Position numbers and translations under genes: made by a program
Shown: one piece after another, positions 10,050 to 19,661 of the stretch
Layout of the letters: the number at the start of each line of letters is the position of its first letter
How positions within the stretch are numbered: the first letter of the stretch is position 1
Notes under the pieces: model-generated
What the model was told of the DNA's origin: nothing
What the model saw: only the letters and a program-made list of their open reading frames with translations
The model's database searches: none
Assembly: GCA_000999095.1 (NCBI GenBank)
Contig: LCFP01000002.1
Location: 5,736 to 69,735 of the forward strand
Source: Candidatus Gottesmanbacteria bacterium GW2011_GWA2_43_14
GTDB lineage: Bacteria; Patescibacteriota; Microgenomatia; 2-02-FULL-39-11
Reading direction: 5' to 3'
Length of the DNA stretch: 64,000 nucleotides

Positions 10050-10123
10050 TACCCCGTGCCGGATTCGAACCGGCGATTCTCTGGCTGAAAACCAGATGTC
10101 CTGGGCCGCTAGACGAACGGGGC
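10050..10123 (-). tRNA. tRNA-Glu(TTC)
   Basis: GCCCCGTTCGTCTAGCGG...TCTGG-TTTTCAG-CCAGA...GGTTCGAATCC..GGGGTA; CCA not encoded. Confidence 0.95.
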
Positions 10124-10199
10124 TATATATGGTCATTTTATCACAAATGGAAGTAGTTTACAGCGCAATATTAAAGATTGTGTAAGAAAAGAAGGGTCC

Positions 10200-10492
10200 T
10201 TACTTTACTCCGACGAAATCGATTTTGGGGAAGTCGCTGCGGACAAGAGTCCAGATTTATCCGCCAAATTAGCAGAATATTTGCCGAACTGGCCTCTTTC
10301 ACTTTCGCGGCACAGTTTGCCTTCCCAGTCTCTTATTATGGCTACTATTTTTTCGCCGACTTCATTGTATTTGACCTGCCACGAGGCTGAATCTTTGGTA
10401 TATTTATCGTGGAGATCGATAAATTCTGAAAAAATCTGCTTATTATTGTCGATCATTTTCTGGTAATATTCCTGATGCTTGGTCATTTGCAA
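10200..10492 (-). CDS. Small hypothetical protein, apparently frameshifted near its 3' end
   Basis: MTKHQEYYQKMI...SANLADK; the alternative frame continues WTLVRSDFPKIDFVGVK* (stop 10202-10200). Confidence 0.6.
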
Positions 10493-10522
10493 AAATTATA
10501 AACGAAGTCCGAAAGGAGGACA

Positions 10523-11053
10523 ATGGAAATAATCAGTCAGTTAATTTTGTTTTTGGTGCTGCTTTTTGTCCTTACTCCGGCTGTGTATGCCTCTTTGACC
10601 GTAGCACCATTCATCCCTACAAAAACAGACGACATAGGACGGATAGCCAAATTAGCTAAATTTAAAAAAGGAGACCGCTTTTTGGAACTGGGAGCAGGTT
10701 CCGGCAGAGTAATGCTGGCTCTGGCAAAGCAATACCCGGAAATCACAGTCTCAGGCATAGAAATCCATCCTCTACTGTATCTTTTGATAAAAGCGAAAAT
10801 ACTGGTTCAGGGTCTTAGCCTTCGGGCAGATATCGGACTCGGAACATTGTACCGACGTGATTTTTCCGCTTCCGATGTCATTTATTGTTTTTTGATGCCG
10901 TATCCCATGAAAAAATTAAAGCAAAAATTCGAAAACGAATGTAAAAAAGGAACAAGAATTATCTCCAGGGCTTTCCCGGTTCCTGGCTGGCAACCGGCAG
11001 AAGTTTCATCGGAAGATAAAGAGATGGCGATCTATTTGTATAAGATAAGTTAG
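10523..11053 (+). CDS. Class I SAM-dependent methyltransferase with N-terminal TM
   Basis: 'APFIPT', 'FLELGAGSGR', 'GIEIHP', 'DVIYCFL'. Confidence 0.85.
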   Translation: MEIISQLILFLVLLFVLTPAVYASLTVAPFIPTKTDDIGRIAKLAKFKKGDRFLELGAGSGRVMLALAKQYPEITVSGIEIHPLLYLLIKAKILVQGLSLRADIGLGTLYRRDFSASDVIYCFLMPYPMKKLKQKFENECKKGTRIISRAFPVPGWQPAEVSSEDKEMAIYLYKIS

Positions 11054-11060
11054 CCATAAC

Positions 11061-11117
11061 TTGACATAAACCCAGCCTCAGGATTATGCTTGTGGGTGAC
11101 GATAGATTAAAATCTAT
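11061..11117 (+). promoter_or_regulatory. Promoter and palindromic operator upstream of the ArsR gene
   Basis: TTGACA (11061)-N18-TATGCT; inverted repeat ATAGATT-AA-AATCTAT at 11102-11117. Confidence 0.5.
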
Positions 11118-11121
11118 ATGT

Positions 11122-11385
11122 ATGAATAAATATTGCCATAAATGTCTGAAAAATCTGATGGAACCATCCCGTTTGAAGATTTTCGATTATGTGCAGAAAT
11201 CTACAGACAGAGTAACCCTGGGGACTCTGGTCAACTTTACCAGACTGAGGCAACCGACAGTTACTTTCCATGTCAATAAGTTGGCGGAAGCGGGACTGCT
11301 GCAAAAAAAGAAATTCGGCCGCGAAGTCATTATCCAGACAAAACACCTCCCCGAACGCTGCACCACCTGTCCCATTTTTCACTAA
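11122..11385 (+). CDS. ArsR/SmtB-family HTH regulator with N- and C-terminal CxxC
   Basis: 'CHKC..EPSRLKIF..LRQPTVTFHVNKLAEAGLL..KFGREV..CTTC'. Confidence 0.85.
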   Translation: MNKYCHKCLKNLMEPSRLKIFDYVQKSTDRVTLGTLVNFTRLRQPTVTFHVNKLAEAGLLQKKKFGREVIIQTKHLPERCTTCPIFH

Positions 11386-11408
11386 CTGTTCCTGGAAGTA
11401 TCTTATTT

Positions 11409-12323
11409 TTAACGCCGGTAAACAGGCCTCTCATCGCGGCCGAAGAAGGAGAAAACCGGATTATATGGAGAAGAATCTTCTACTGATACAGTCGGTTTAG
11501 GAAAAAGACTGATTGAGCGTAAAGGCTTTAATGTAGGCAAAACAAAAGGAGTGGGAGTCGGTAATGCGCCGTAATAATGAATTTTACTGTCTCCACCTAT
11601 CAGCAGGCCGTATATATGCTGACTGTCATCTGTTGCCTCGGTGCTGCCCCGGGCAGAGTTGAAGTTCCAGACGAAAACAGTTGAATTATCGGAAGTTAAG
11701 TCGTTGAGATAAATTCCGTTCTGCCAGTTTCCCGCGATATCCCTTGCCTGTCGGGAGACACGAATTTGGTCGACGCTTCCTTTAAAGCTGTTTCCGGATA
11801 AAAATGAACTGCTTCCACTCCCGCCGAATATAATTGATGGACCAAGCGGTTTAAGCTGGGTAGCACCGCCCGCGCTAAAGCTGGAAACACCGTTGATGAA
11901 AATCTTAGTGGAAGAAGATGATATGGTAACGGCAAGATGGTGCCAATTCCCGGGGGATAAATTTCCGGTGGTCATCTGTCTCATGGCGTTTACAGCATAG
12001 GAATAAGTTAACTGGAGAGATCCGCCGTTTATGGATATCTGATAGTTAGGTGAAACATTGCCTTCTGCTCCTATTGTTAAAAGATGCTGCAGACCGCTGA
12101 GGCTGTTGGGTTTTATCCAGGTTTCAAAGGCAAATTCCGCAGGAGAGGATAAATCATTGTTTTCAGCCTTAATAAACCCACCATTGAGTTCCAGATAGTT
12201 GCCGCTGGGAGGTGCTGCATTAACCAATCGGGGATGGAATAAAGCTAGCAAAAGAACAGCAGAATAAAACAATATTTTGATCATTTTTCTGGGGGGCAGC
12301 GTATAAGAAGGCAGAAGAACCAC
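11409..12323 (-). CDS. Secreted LamG/concanavalin A-like jelly-roll domain protein
   Basis: 'FAFETWIKP', 'GNWHHLAVT..KIFING', 'FKGSVDQIRVS'; signal peptide; PT-rich tail. Confidence 0.8.
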   Translation of the reverse strand: MVLLPSYTLPPRKMIKILFYSAVLLLALFHPRLVNAAPPSGNYLELNGGFIKAENNDLSSPAEFAFETWIKPNSLSGLQHLLTIGAEGNVSPNYQISINGGSLQLTYSYAVNAMRQMTTGNLSPGNWHHLAVTISSSSTKIFINGVSSFSAGGATQLKPLGPSIIFGGSGSSSFLSGNSFKGSVDQIRVSRQARDIAGNWQNGIYLNDLTSDNSTVFVWNFNSARGSTEATDDSQHIYGLLIGGDSKIHYYGALPTPTPFVLPTLKPLRSISLFPKPTVSVEDSSPYNPVFSFFGRDERPVYRR

Positions 12324-12395
12324 CTTACTTTATATAAAACGTCCAACAGCATGTCAAGTCACGGTTTTGGTGGAATATCGGGTATAATAAAAAAA

Positions 12396-12773
12396 ATGGA
12401 ATGGTATCCCGCGACTGATATCAAACGAGAGCTGGGTAAAATCGTCAGGGAATTGGAACTTGACTATATTAAATTAAACAAAATTGTCTGTTACCGTTCC
12501 CACGGATCCACGTCCCGTGCCAGGGCCAGGATTTGGAGCTTTCCCAAGGTCTGGCAAATGGCATTGAAGCTGCCTCCGTATTATATTATAGAAGTTATCA
12601 GTGAACGGTTTGACCGGCTGAACCAGCAGGAAAAAATACGGACGCTGATCCATGAACTTATGCATATCCCGATGAATTTTTCCGGTAGTCTCCTGCCGCA
12701 CCGCACCAGAAGCGGACATCTGGAGAAGAAAGTGGAAAAATTCTACAGGCTTCTGGCTAATAAAAGAATATGA
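12396..12773 (+). CDS. Putative Zn metallopeptidase (HExxH)
   Basis: 'RARARIW', 'YIIEVISERF', 'LIHELMHIP'. Confidence 0.75.
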   Translation: MEWYPATDIKRELGKIVRELELDYIKLNKIVCYRSHGSTSRARARIWSFPKVWQMALKLPPYYIIEVISERFDRLNQQEKIRTLIHELMHIPMNFSGSLLPHRTRSGHLEKKVEKFYRLLANKRI

Positions 12774-13450
12774 TCATGCTCATCCACGGTAATGACAATG
12801 ACTCTTCACGGAAAAAACTGCAGGAAATTATTTCCGGAAGGGATGCGGAAAGTATGTATTTCGATGGAGGTAAACTGGAATTAGCCGATCTGCTGCTTGC
12901 CAATGAAGCAGCCACGCTTTTATCAACAACCAAAACCATTATTATTGAAAACTTCTTTAAAGGCACAAAGCAAAAGGCAAAGGAAGCGATTCTGGACTAC
13001 TCTTTAAAAAATTCCGGTGACAACCTGCTTATTTTTTGGGATGATCATGAAGTCGGCGTCCAGTCAAAAAAGTTTCCGGCCAAACAGAATTTCAAATTCG
13101 ATTTCCCCAAGCTCCTTTTTAAATTTCTCGATGATATAGGCCGTCAGAAGACTTCTGTTATCCTTACTTACTTTCACGAGCTGTTAAAAGAAAAAGAAGT
13201 CTCACTGATTTTTGCCTTGATAATCCGTCAATTCCGTTTTCTGTTAATGACGGCTGACTTAAATCTGAAGGAAGGTTTGCCTTTAGCCTCCTGGCAGGTA
13301 GCGAAATTCCGTCAGCAGGGTAGGGCTTTCTCGCATGATGAACTGATGCAAAATTACCGCGGCCTATTAAATATCGATTACCGGTTGAAAAACGGCCTTA
13401 CTCCGTTGAAGCTAGACCAGCTTATTGACATCTTTCTTATCAATTTATAG
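12770..13450 (+). CDS. holA: DNA polymerase III delta subunit-like (short)
   Basis: 'LIHGND', 'LFKFLD', C-terminal 'LLNIDYRLKNG'. Confidence 0.6.
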   Translation: MIMLIHGNDNDSSRKKLQEIISGRDAESMYFDGGKLELADLLLANEAATLLSTTKTIIIENFFKGTKQKAKEAILDYSLKNSGDNLLIFWDDHEVGVQSKKFPAKQNFKFDFPKLLFKFLDDIGRQKTSVILTYFHELLKEKEVSLIFALIIRQFRFLLMTADLNLKEGLPLASWQVAKFRQQGRAFSHDELMQNYRGLLNIDYRLKNGLTPLKLDQLIDIFLINL

Positions 13451-13496
13451 GATTAATGGTAATATCATATTTTTTCATAAAAGGTAAAAAGGCATA

Positions 13497-14876
13497 TTGA
13501 CAGACATATCAATTGACACTTCAATTTTCCGGGATTACGACATCCGGGGCATCTATCCTGAACAAGTCAATGAACAGACTTTTCTCGTCATTGGCAAGTC
13601 TCTCTCCTCCTTTCTTAAAGTGGATAAAATATCAGTTGGCTTTGACGCCCGCCTGTCATCAGAAAAACTGTCTCAAAGCCTGATATCGGGAATAACCTCG
13701 ATGGGAACGGATGTTGTCACTTTAGGACAGATATCAACGGAAATGAATTATTTTGCATCTGGCAGGTACGGTTTTCCGGCATCTGTCATTGTCAGCGCCT
13801 CACATAACCCTCCGCAATATAACGGTCTGAAAATAGTTAAGAAAGGGGTTGTGCCTTTACACGGGAGTTTTGGTCTGCCCGAAATCAAAGAACTTGCTAT
13901 AATCCAAAAATTTAACAACGCGACGCGAACGGGCAAAGTAATTAGTATGGACATTAGCGATGATTGGTTGGATCATCTGCTTTCTTTTATTGATCCGAAA
14001 AAATTGGCCGGCATGACGGTTGTGGTGGATACGGGAAACGGTATGGGGGGACCGACCTGGGAAAAAATCAACCGCAGATTGCCTTCCATTAAAATTATTC
14101 CGCTTTTTTTTAAACCGGACGGCCATTTCCCCAACCATCTGCCGGATCCTTTAAATCCCGATAATCTGGTCGCTTTGCAGGAAAAAATCAGGGTTACTAA
14201 AGCTGATGCAGGAATTGCCCTGGACGGTGACGCTGACAGACTTTTTACCGTAGATGATAAAGGAGATCTTTTATCCGGAACCTTAACCTGTGCCATGCTT
14301 GCCGAACATCTGCTTCTGACCAGAGGTTCAGGACCGGTTTTATACAGTATCACCACCGGAAAAATAGTGCCTGAAACAGTTAAAAAGCATAAAGGCATAC
14401 CATTCAAAACACGCGTCGGCCATTCTTTTATCAAAACTGAAATGAAAAAAAGGCATGCCCTTTTTGCCGGAGAACATTCGGGCCATTTTTATTTCCGGGA
14501 TAATTATAATGCTGATTCAGCCTCGATAGCCGCGCTTTTATTTTTGGAATTTCTTGCCGTCAAAGGCAAAAAACTGTCGGAATTGCGTAAAACCTATGAA
14601 AGCCATATCAGCTCGAGTGAAATTAATTTTCTGGTTGACGATACGGAAAAATTTCTCAATAATATAAGGAAGCACTTCGCCGGAAAAGAGCTTGATCTGA
14701 TTGACGGTTTGACTTTGGACGAAGGCAGCTGGTGGTTTAACGTGCGTGCTTCCAAGACTGAACCTTTAATCAGATTAAATATGGAAGCAGACAACCCTCT
14801 TCTTTATAAGCAAAAATATAAGGCGATTAATACGGTTATCAGGCAGCTCGGTGGTACTCCCAAAATTGAAACATGA
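13497..14876 (+). CDS. manB: Phosphomannomutase/phosphoglucomutase
   Basis: 'FRDYDIRG', 'SASHNP', 'DGDADR', 'GEHSGH', 'RASKTEPLIR'. Confidence 0.92.
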   Translation: MTDISIDTSIFRDYDIRGIYPEQVNEQTFLVIGKSLSSFLKVDKISVGFDARLSSEKLSQSLISGITSMGTDVVTLGQISTEMNYFASGRYGFPASVIVSASHNPPQYNGLKIVKKGVVPLHGSFGLPEIKELAIIQKFNNATRTGKVISMDISDDWLDHLLSFIDPKKLAGMTVVVDTGNGMGGPTWEKINRRLPSIKIIPLFFKPDGHFPNHLPDPLNPDNLVALQEKIRVTKADAGIALDGDADRLFTVDDKGDLLSGTLTCAMLAEHLLLTRGSGPVLYSITTGKIVPETVKKHKGIPFKTRVGHSFIKTEMKKRHALFAGEHSGHFYFRDNYNADSASIAALLFLEFLAVKGKKLSELRKTYESHISSSEINFLVDDTEKFLNNIRKHFAGKELDLIDGLTLDEGSWWFNVRASKTEPLIRLNMEADNPLLYKQKYKAINTVIRQLGGTPKIET

Positions 14877-15946
14877 AGATAAATCTTGAGAAACCTGAAG
14901 ACATCAGAAAATTGGACGAAAATAATTGTCTTATCTCAATAAAAAATTTCGGACTGCAGTTTAAGTCCGCCTGGACAGAAACGGAAAAATTGTCTTTGCC
15001 CGTTTCCCGGTTCAAACGTGTCCTCTTCTGCGGAATGGGCGGCTCTGCTTATGCCGGCAGGCTTATCAAGGAATTATTTTTGGACGAATCAGCAGTTTCC
15101 TTCGAGGTGATTGACGATTATCGTCTGCCGAAATATGCCGATAGCGAGACTCTGGTTATGGCTGTCAGCTATTCCGGAAATACGGAGGAGACCATAGCCT
15201 GCCTTAAACAGGCTTTTATACGGAAAATACCGGTAATCGGAGTAAGTTCCGGGGGTAGTTTGGCCGAAATTTGCCGGGAGAGTAATCTCCCGTTTTTTGT
15301 TTTTAAAGATACCTTAAATCCGTCAGAACAGCCGAGGCTTGGACAGGGTTATCTGATCGGTGCCCAACTGGCCGTCCTTAACCGTCTAGGTTTGATCACC
15401 ATAAGCCAAGAGGAGGTTTCCCGGATGCTGGCATTTTTGGATTTACAAAATGGACTCTATTCAGAAACATCCGGCATAGCTCAAAATCCTGCCAAGCAAT
15501 TGGCTGCCGGTTTGGAGCGTCACATTCCGGTTATTGTCGCTGCCGAATTTTTAAAAGGGGCCATGCAGGCTATACGCAACCCGATCAATGAAACAGGTAA
15601 GCATTTTGCCGTTTACTTCCCCCTGCCGGAAGCCAACCATCACCTGCTGGAAGGCCTTAAGTTTCCCGAAGGCTTGAAATCCCAGCTAAAATTCATTTTT
15701 GTGGACTCTTCACACTACAGTGATAAAATCAAATTAAGGCTGAAACTGACGGCGGAAGTTGCCGCTAAAAATGATTTGACGTCGGAGATGATTGAACTTA
15801 AATCCGCCAGCCGATTCAGCCAAACAATGGAGCTTTTACAGCTTTTCAGTTTTCTTTCATTTTACCTGGCGGTTGTCCACGGAGTAAATCCTGCGCCTGT
15901 GCCATGGGTTGATTTCTTTAAACAAAAATTACTTACCCGGTCCTGA
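14873..15946 (+). CDS. Bifunctional phosphoglucose/phosphomannose isomerase (SIS)
   Basis: 'GMGGS', 'SYSGNTEET', 'QPR', 'NETGK', 'PEANHH'. Confidence 0.88.
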   Translation: MKINLEKPEDIRKLDENNCLISIKNFGLQFKSAWTETEKLSLPVSRFKRVLFCGMGGSAYAGRLIKELFLDESAVSFEVIDDYRLPKYADSETLVMAVSYSGNTEETIACLKQAFIRKIPVIGVSSGGSLAEICRESNLPFFVFKDTLNPSEQPRLGQGYLIGAQLAVLNRLGLITISQEEVSRMLAFLDLQNGLYSETSGIAQNPAKQLAAGLERHIPVIVAAEFLKGAMQAIRNPINETGKHFAVYFPLPEANHHLLEGLKFPEGLKSQLKFIFVDSSHYSDKIKLRLKLTAEVAAKNDLTSEMIELKSASRFSQTMELLQLFSFLSFYLAVVHGVNPAPVPWVDFFKQKLLTRS

Positions 15947-15972
15947 ACCGGGAAAGGAAAGGGGGAAATATT

Positions 15973-18312
15973 ATGAGAAAATATAAATACGTCGTCTGGT
16001 TTGACGAGATAGATAAGGAAGATATTCCTGTTGTCGGCGGCAAAGGGGCCAATCTGGGGGAAATGTTTAAAGCTAAAATCCCCGTGCCTTACGGTTTCGT
16101 CGTCACCTCCCAAAGCTATTTCCAGTTTCTCCGAGAAACCAAGCTAGACAGGAAAATTGCTGACCAGCTGAAAAATCTGGATCATCATAATTCCAATCTC
16201 TTAAACTCAATATCCAAAAATATCCGCAATCTGATACTCAGCCAGCCCATACCTGAGGATATTGCCAGGGAAATCATCTTTGCCTATACGGAACTGACCG
16301 GCCGCAGCCAGAAAAAAATGAAACTGCTGGATAAATTGTCGTCGCTTCTCAAAAACCCGTATGTAGCCGTACGCTCGTCAGCCACAGCCGAAGACCTGCC
16401 GGGCGCTTCATTTGCGGGCCAGCAGGATACTTATTTAAATGTCAGCGGAGAGGCAAGCGTCATTAGAAAAGTGCACGAATCATGGGCTTCCCTGTTTACT
16501 TCCCGTGCCATGTTTTACCGGGAGGAGCAGAAGTTTGACCATATGAAAGTCGGGCTGGCTTCGGTTGTCCAGCAGATGGTAGCTTCCGATGCTTCAGGAG
16601 TCATGTTTACAGTTGACCCTGTGACTAATGACAAGAAAAAAATTACCATCGAAGCCATCCTTGGCTTGGGTGAACTTATTGTCCAGGGTTCTGTCACACC
16701 CGATCATTACGAAGTAGATAAGGAAACGATGGAAATTTTAGTGCGGCATGTCGGCGACCAGAAGAAAAAACTGGTTAAAAAAGGCAGTTCAAATGCCGAA
16801 ATCCGGATGACAAAAACGGAAAAAGACCGGCAGAAAATCAGCGATGACCAGGTCAGGGAAATCGCTGCCTTGGGCAAGAAACTAGAAAAGCATTATTATT
16901 TTCCGCAGGATATCGAATGGGCTGTTGATAAGGGGCATGTTTACATTGTGCAGACCCGTCCGATTACCACTTTTTCAGAAAAGGAAAAAACAGCAGTTCC
17001 TGCGGCTGATCTTTCCTCCTTGAACCTGAAATTGCTCCTAAGCGGTGATCCGGCTTCACCGGGCATTAAATCAGGTCCCGTGAAAATTATCCATAAAGCA
17101 TCGGAAATAGAGGATGTTAAAGCGGGGGATGTGCTGGTGACGGTACAAACAAACCCGGATTTTGTACCGGCCATGAAAAAAGCTGTGGCTATAGTGACTG
17201 AAAGGGGCGGCCGGACATCCCATGCAGCCATTGTTTCCCGGGAACTTGGTATTCCTGCTGTAGTCGGAACAGGTAAAGCCACAAAAGTTTTACCGGCGAA
17301 TTCAATAGTCACCGTAGACGGAGCCCAGGGAAAGATATACCAGGGAGCCTTTACAAATGAACTTAAGGCATTGACGGAGAAAGTAAGGCCTTCCAAAAGC
17401 ACTGAAAGATTAAAGACTGCCACCAAGGTTTATGTCAATCTCGCCACACCCAACCGGGTTGAGGAAGTGGCCGCCATGAATGCTGACGGGGTAGGTCTTT
17501 TAAGAGCGGAATTCATGATTGCCGATATCGGCGTCCATCCCAGGAAGTTAATCAAGGACAAACGCCAGCATTTTTTCATTGACAAACTGGGTGGTGACCT
17601 TCTTAAATTCTGCCGGCACTTCAATCCCAGGCCTGTAGTATATAGGGCTACTGATTTCAAAACCAATGAATACCGCAATCTGATCGGCGGCAAAGAGTAC
17701 GAACCGGAGGAGCCGAATCCCATGCTTGGTTATAGGGGTGCATTCCGCTACATGTCCGACCCTGAAGTTTTCAATCTTGAATTGGAAACCATCAAAATGG
17801 TCAGAAACAAGCATGGCTTGAAAAACCTTTGGCTGATGTTGCCTTTTGTCCGGACTGTCAGGGAACTTATAGAAGTCAAAAAAATCATTTCAGCCAGCGG
17901 TCTATCCAGGTCAGCCTCCTTTAAATTGTGGATGATGGTAGAAATTCCGTCCAACGTTATTTTACTGGATAAATTTTGCGAGGCCGGTATTGACGGAGTA
18001 TCAATAGGGTCAAATGATCTGACCATGCTGATTTTGGGTACAGACAGGGATAATACCGAAGTTTCCCCTGAATTTGACGAAAGAAATGAGGCGGTAACCT
18101 GGGCGATAGAGAGGGTTATTACTATCGCTAAAAAATATAAGGTAACAACCTCAATCTGCGGCCAGGCTCCCTCCGATTATCCGGAGCTGGTGGAAAAACT
18201 GGTATCTTTGGGGATCACCTCCATGTCCGTCAATGCCGATGCCCTGGACAAGGTCAGGGAGACGGTGGCCGGAGCGGAAATGAAATTAGCCCAAAAAGTA
18301 GCCAAAAAATAA
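15973..18312 (+). CDS. ppsA: Phosphoenolpyruvate synthase
   Basis: 'VGGKGANLGEM', 'AVRSSATAED', 'GGRTSHAAIVSRE', 'SIGSNDLT', 'SICGQAPS'. Confidence 0.95.
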   Translation: MRKYKYVVWFDEIDKEDIPVVGGKGANLGEMFKAKIPVPYGFVVTSQSYFQFLRETKLDRKIADQLKNLDHHNSNLLNSISKNIRNLILSQPIPEDIAREIIFAYTELTGRSQKKMKLLDKLSSLLKNPYVAVRSSATAEDLPGASFAGQQDTYLNVSGEASVIRKVHESWASLFTSRAMFYREEQKFDHMKVGLASVVQQMVASDASGVMFTVDPVTNDKKKITIEAILGLGELIVQGSVTPDHYEVDKETMEILVRHVGDQKKKLVKKGSSNAEIRMTKTEKDRQKISDDQVREIAALGKKLEKHYYFPQDIEWAVDKGHVYIVQTRPITTFSEKEKTAVPAADLSSLNLKLLLSGDPASPGIKSGPVKIIHKASEIEDVKAGDVLVTVQTNPDFVPAMKKAVAIVTERGGRTSHAAIVSRELGIPAVVGTGKATKVLPANSIVTVDGAQGKIYQGAFTNELKALTEKVRPSKSTERLKTATKVYVNLATPNRVEEVAAMNADGVGLLRAEFMIADIGVHPRKLIKDKRQHFFIDKLGGDLLKFCRHFNPRPVVYRATDFKTNEYRNLIGGKEYEPEEPNPMLGYRGAFRYMSDPEVFNLELETIKMVRNKHGLKNLWLMLPFVRTVRELIEVKKIISASGLSRSASFKLWMMVEIPSNVILLDKFCEAGIDGVSIGSNDLTMLILGTDRDNTEVSPEFDERNEAVTWAIERVITIAKKYKVTTSICGQAPSDYPELVEKLVSLGITSMSVNADALDKVRETVAGAEMKLAQKVAKK

Positions 18313-18315
18313 AAA

Positions 18316-19563
18316 ATGGTTCAAATCAAAGCAGTTACAGCACGCCAAATTTTGGACAGCCGGGGTCAGCCGACTGTAGAAACAACCGTCATTTTGGAAA
18401 ACGGTATAAAAGCTACAGCGTCAGTTCCCTCGGGCGCTTCAACCGGCATTCACGAAGCGGTAGAACTTCGGGATAACCGTGCTGAGTCTTTTGGCGGTAA
18501 AAGTGTCAGCCTGGCGGTTGAAAACGTCCGAGGAATACTGAATAAACTGCTGACCGGACTGGACAGTACCGATCAGCAGGGTATTGACCGGAAAATGATC
18601 GAGTTGGACGGTACTCCCAATAAAAAAAACATCGGTGCCAATGCCATCCTTTCAGTTTCGGCAGCAGTCCTTAAAGCTTCCGCTGCAGCCGAAGGAAAAG
18701 AAGTTTACCAAAGAATCAGCGATCTGTATGGCGGAAAAAAAACGGAGCATCAGGTCATACCTTTATTTAATGTCGTAAACGGCGGCTTACATGGGAATAA
18801 CAGGTTATCAATCCAGGAATTCATGGTCATTACTGCTCCCGGACTGTCCTTCAGCCGGGCTTTGGAAACAGGCGCAGCCATCTATCAGACAATGAGAAAA
18901 GATTTGGCACAGCGTCAAATCCCTTTGGCTGTCGGCGACGAAGGCGGCTTTATTCCCGATGCCTCCGATAACAGTCAGGTCATAAGTTACTTGTTGGAAA
19001 TAATCCGTCAGGCGGGCTATAAATACGGCATAGATGTTTTTCTGGGACTGGATTTTGCTTCAAGCACATATTTTAAAGACGGCTACTACAGTTTTACGGC
19101 TGATACCCTTTCTTCTGCCAGGGAATACCTGACTGAAATCGAAAACCTTCAACGCCAATACCGTTTTCATCTATTAGAAGATCCTCTTTCAGAAGATGAT
19201 TGGCAGAACTGGTCTGTTTTAACGGAAAAAATCGGCAGTCAGACAAAAATTGTCGGCGACGATCTGCTGGTTACTAACAGTCAGCGCCTGGAAAAAGCCG
19301 TCAGGGAAAAATCCTGCAATGCTATCCTCATAAAAATCAACCAGATCGGAACAATCAGCGAAACATTAGAAGTCATGCATCTTGCTGATAAACACGGTTT
19401 TTCCAGGATCATATCCCACCGTTCGGGTGAAACCAATGACGATTTAATCGCTGACCTGGCAGTCGGCACAGGCGCCCAATACGTTAAGTTCGGAGCTCCT
19501 GCCCGGGGTGAACGCACAGCAAAATACAACCGTTTGCTGGCTATTTACGATCAATATTCTTAA
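18316..19563 (+). CDS. eno: Enolase
   Basis: 'ILDSRG.PTVE', 'VPSGASTG', 'VGDEGGF', 'SHRSGET', 'RGERTAKYN'. Confidence 0.95.
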   Translation: MVQIKAVTARQILDSRGQPTVETTVILENGIKATASVPSGASTGIHEAVELRDNRAESFGGKSVSLAVENVRGILNKLLTGLDSTDQQGIDRKMIELDGTPNKKNIGANAILSVSAAVLKASAAAEGKEVYQRISDLYGGKKTEHQVIPLFNVVNGGLHGNNRLSIQEFMVITAPGLSFSRALETGAAIYQTMRKDLAQRQIPLAVGDEGGFIPDASDNSQVISYLLEIIRQAGYKYGIDVFLGLDFASSTYFKDGYYSFTADTLSSAREYLTEIENLQRQYRFHLLEDPLSEDDWQNWSVLTEKIGSQTKIVGDDLLVTNSQRLEKAVREKSCNAILIKINQIGTISETLEVMHLADKHGFSRIISHRSGETNDDLIADLAVGTGAQYVKFGAPARGERTAKYNRLLAIYDQYS

Positions 19564-19661
19564 ATTATTTGACAGATAACCGTAGGTAGAAATTTACCGG
19601 CGGATATATTAGACTGAAGTATTAACCGAAGTTATAAAGTTTCAATTTAAGGAGCTGGAAA

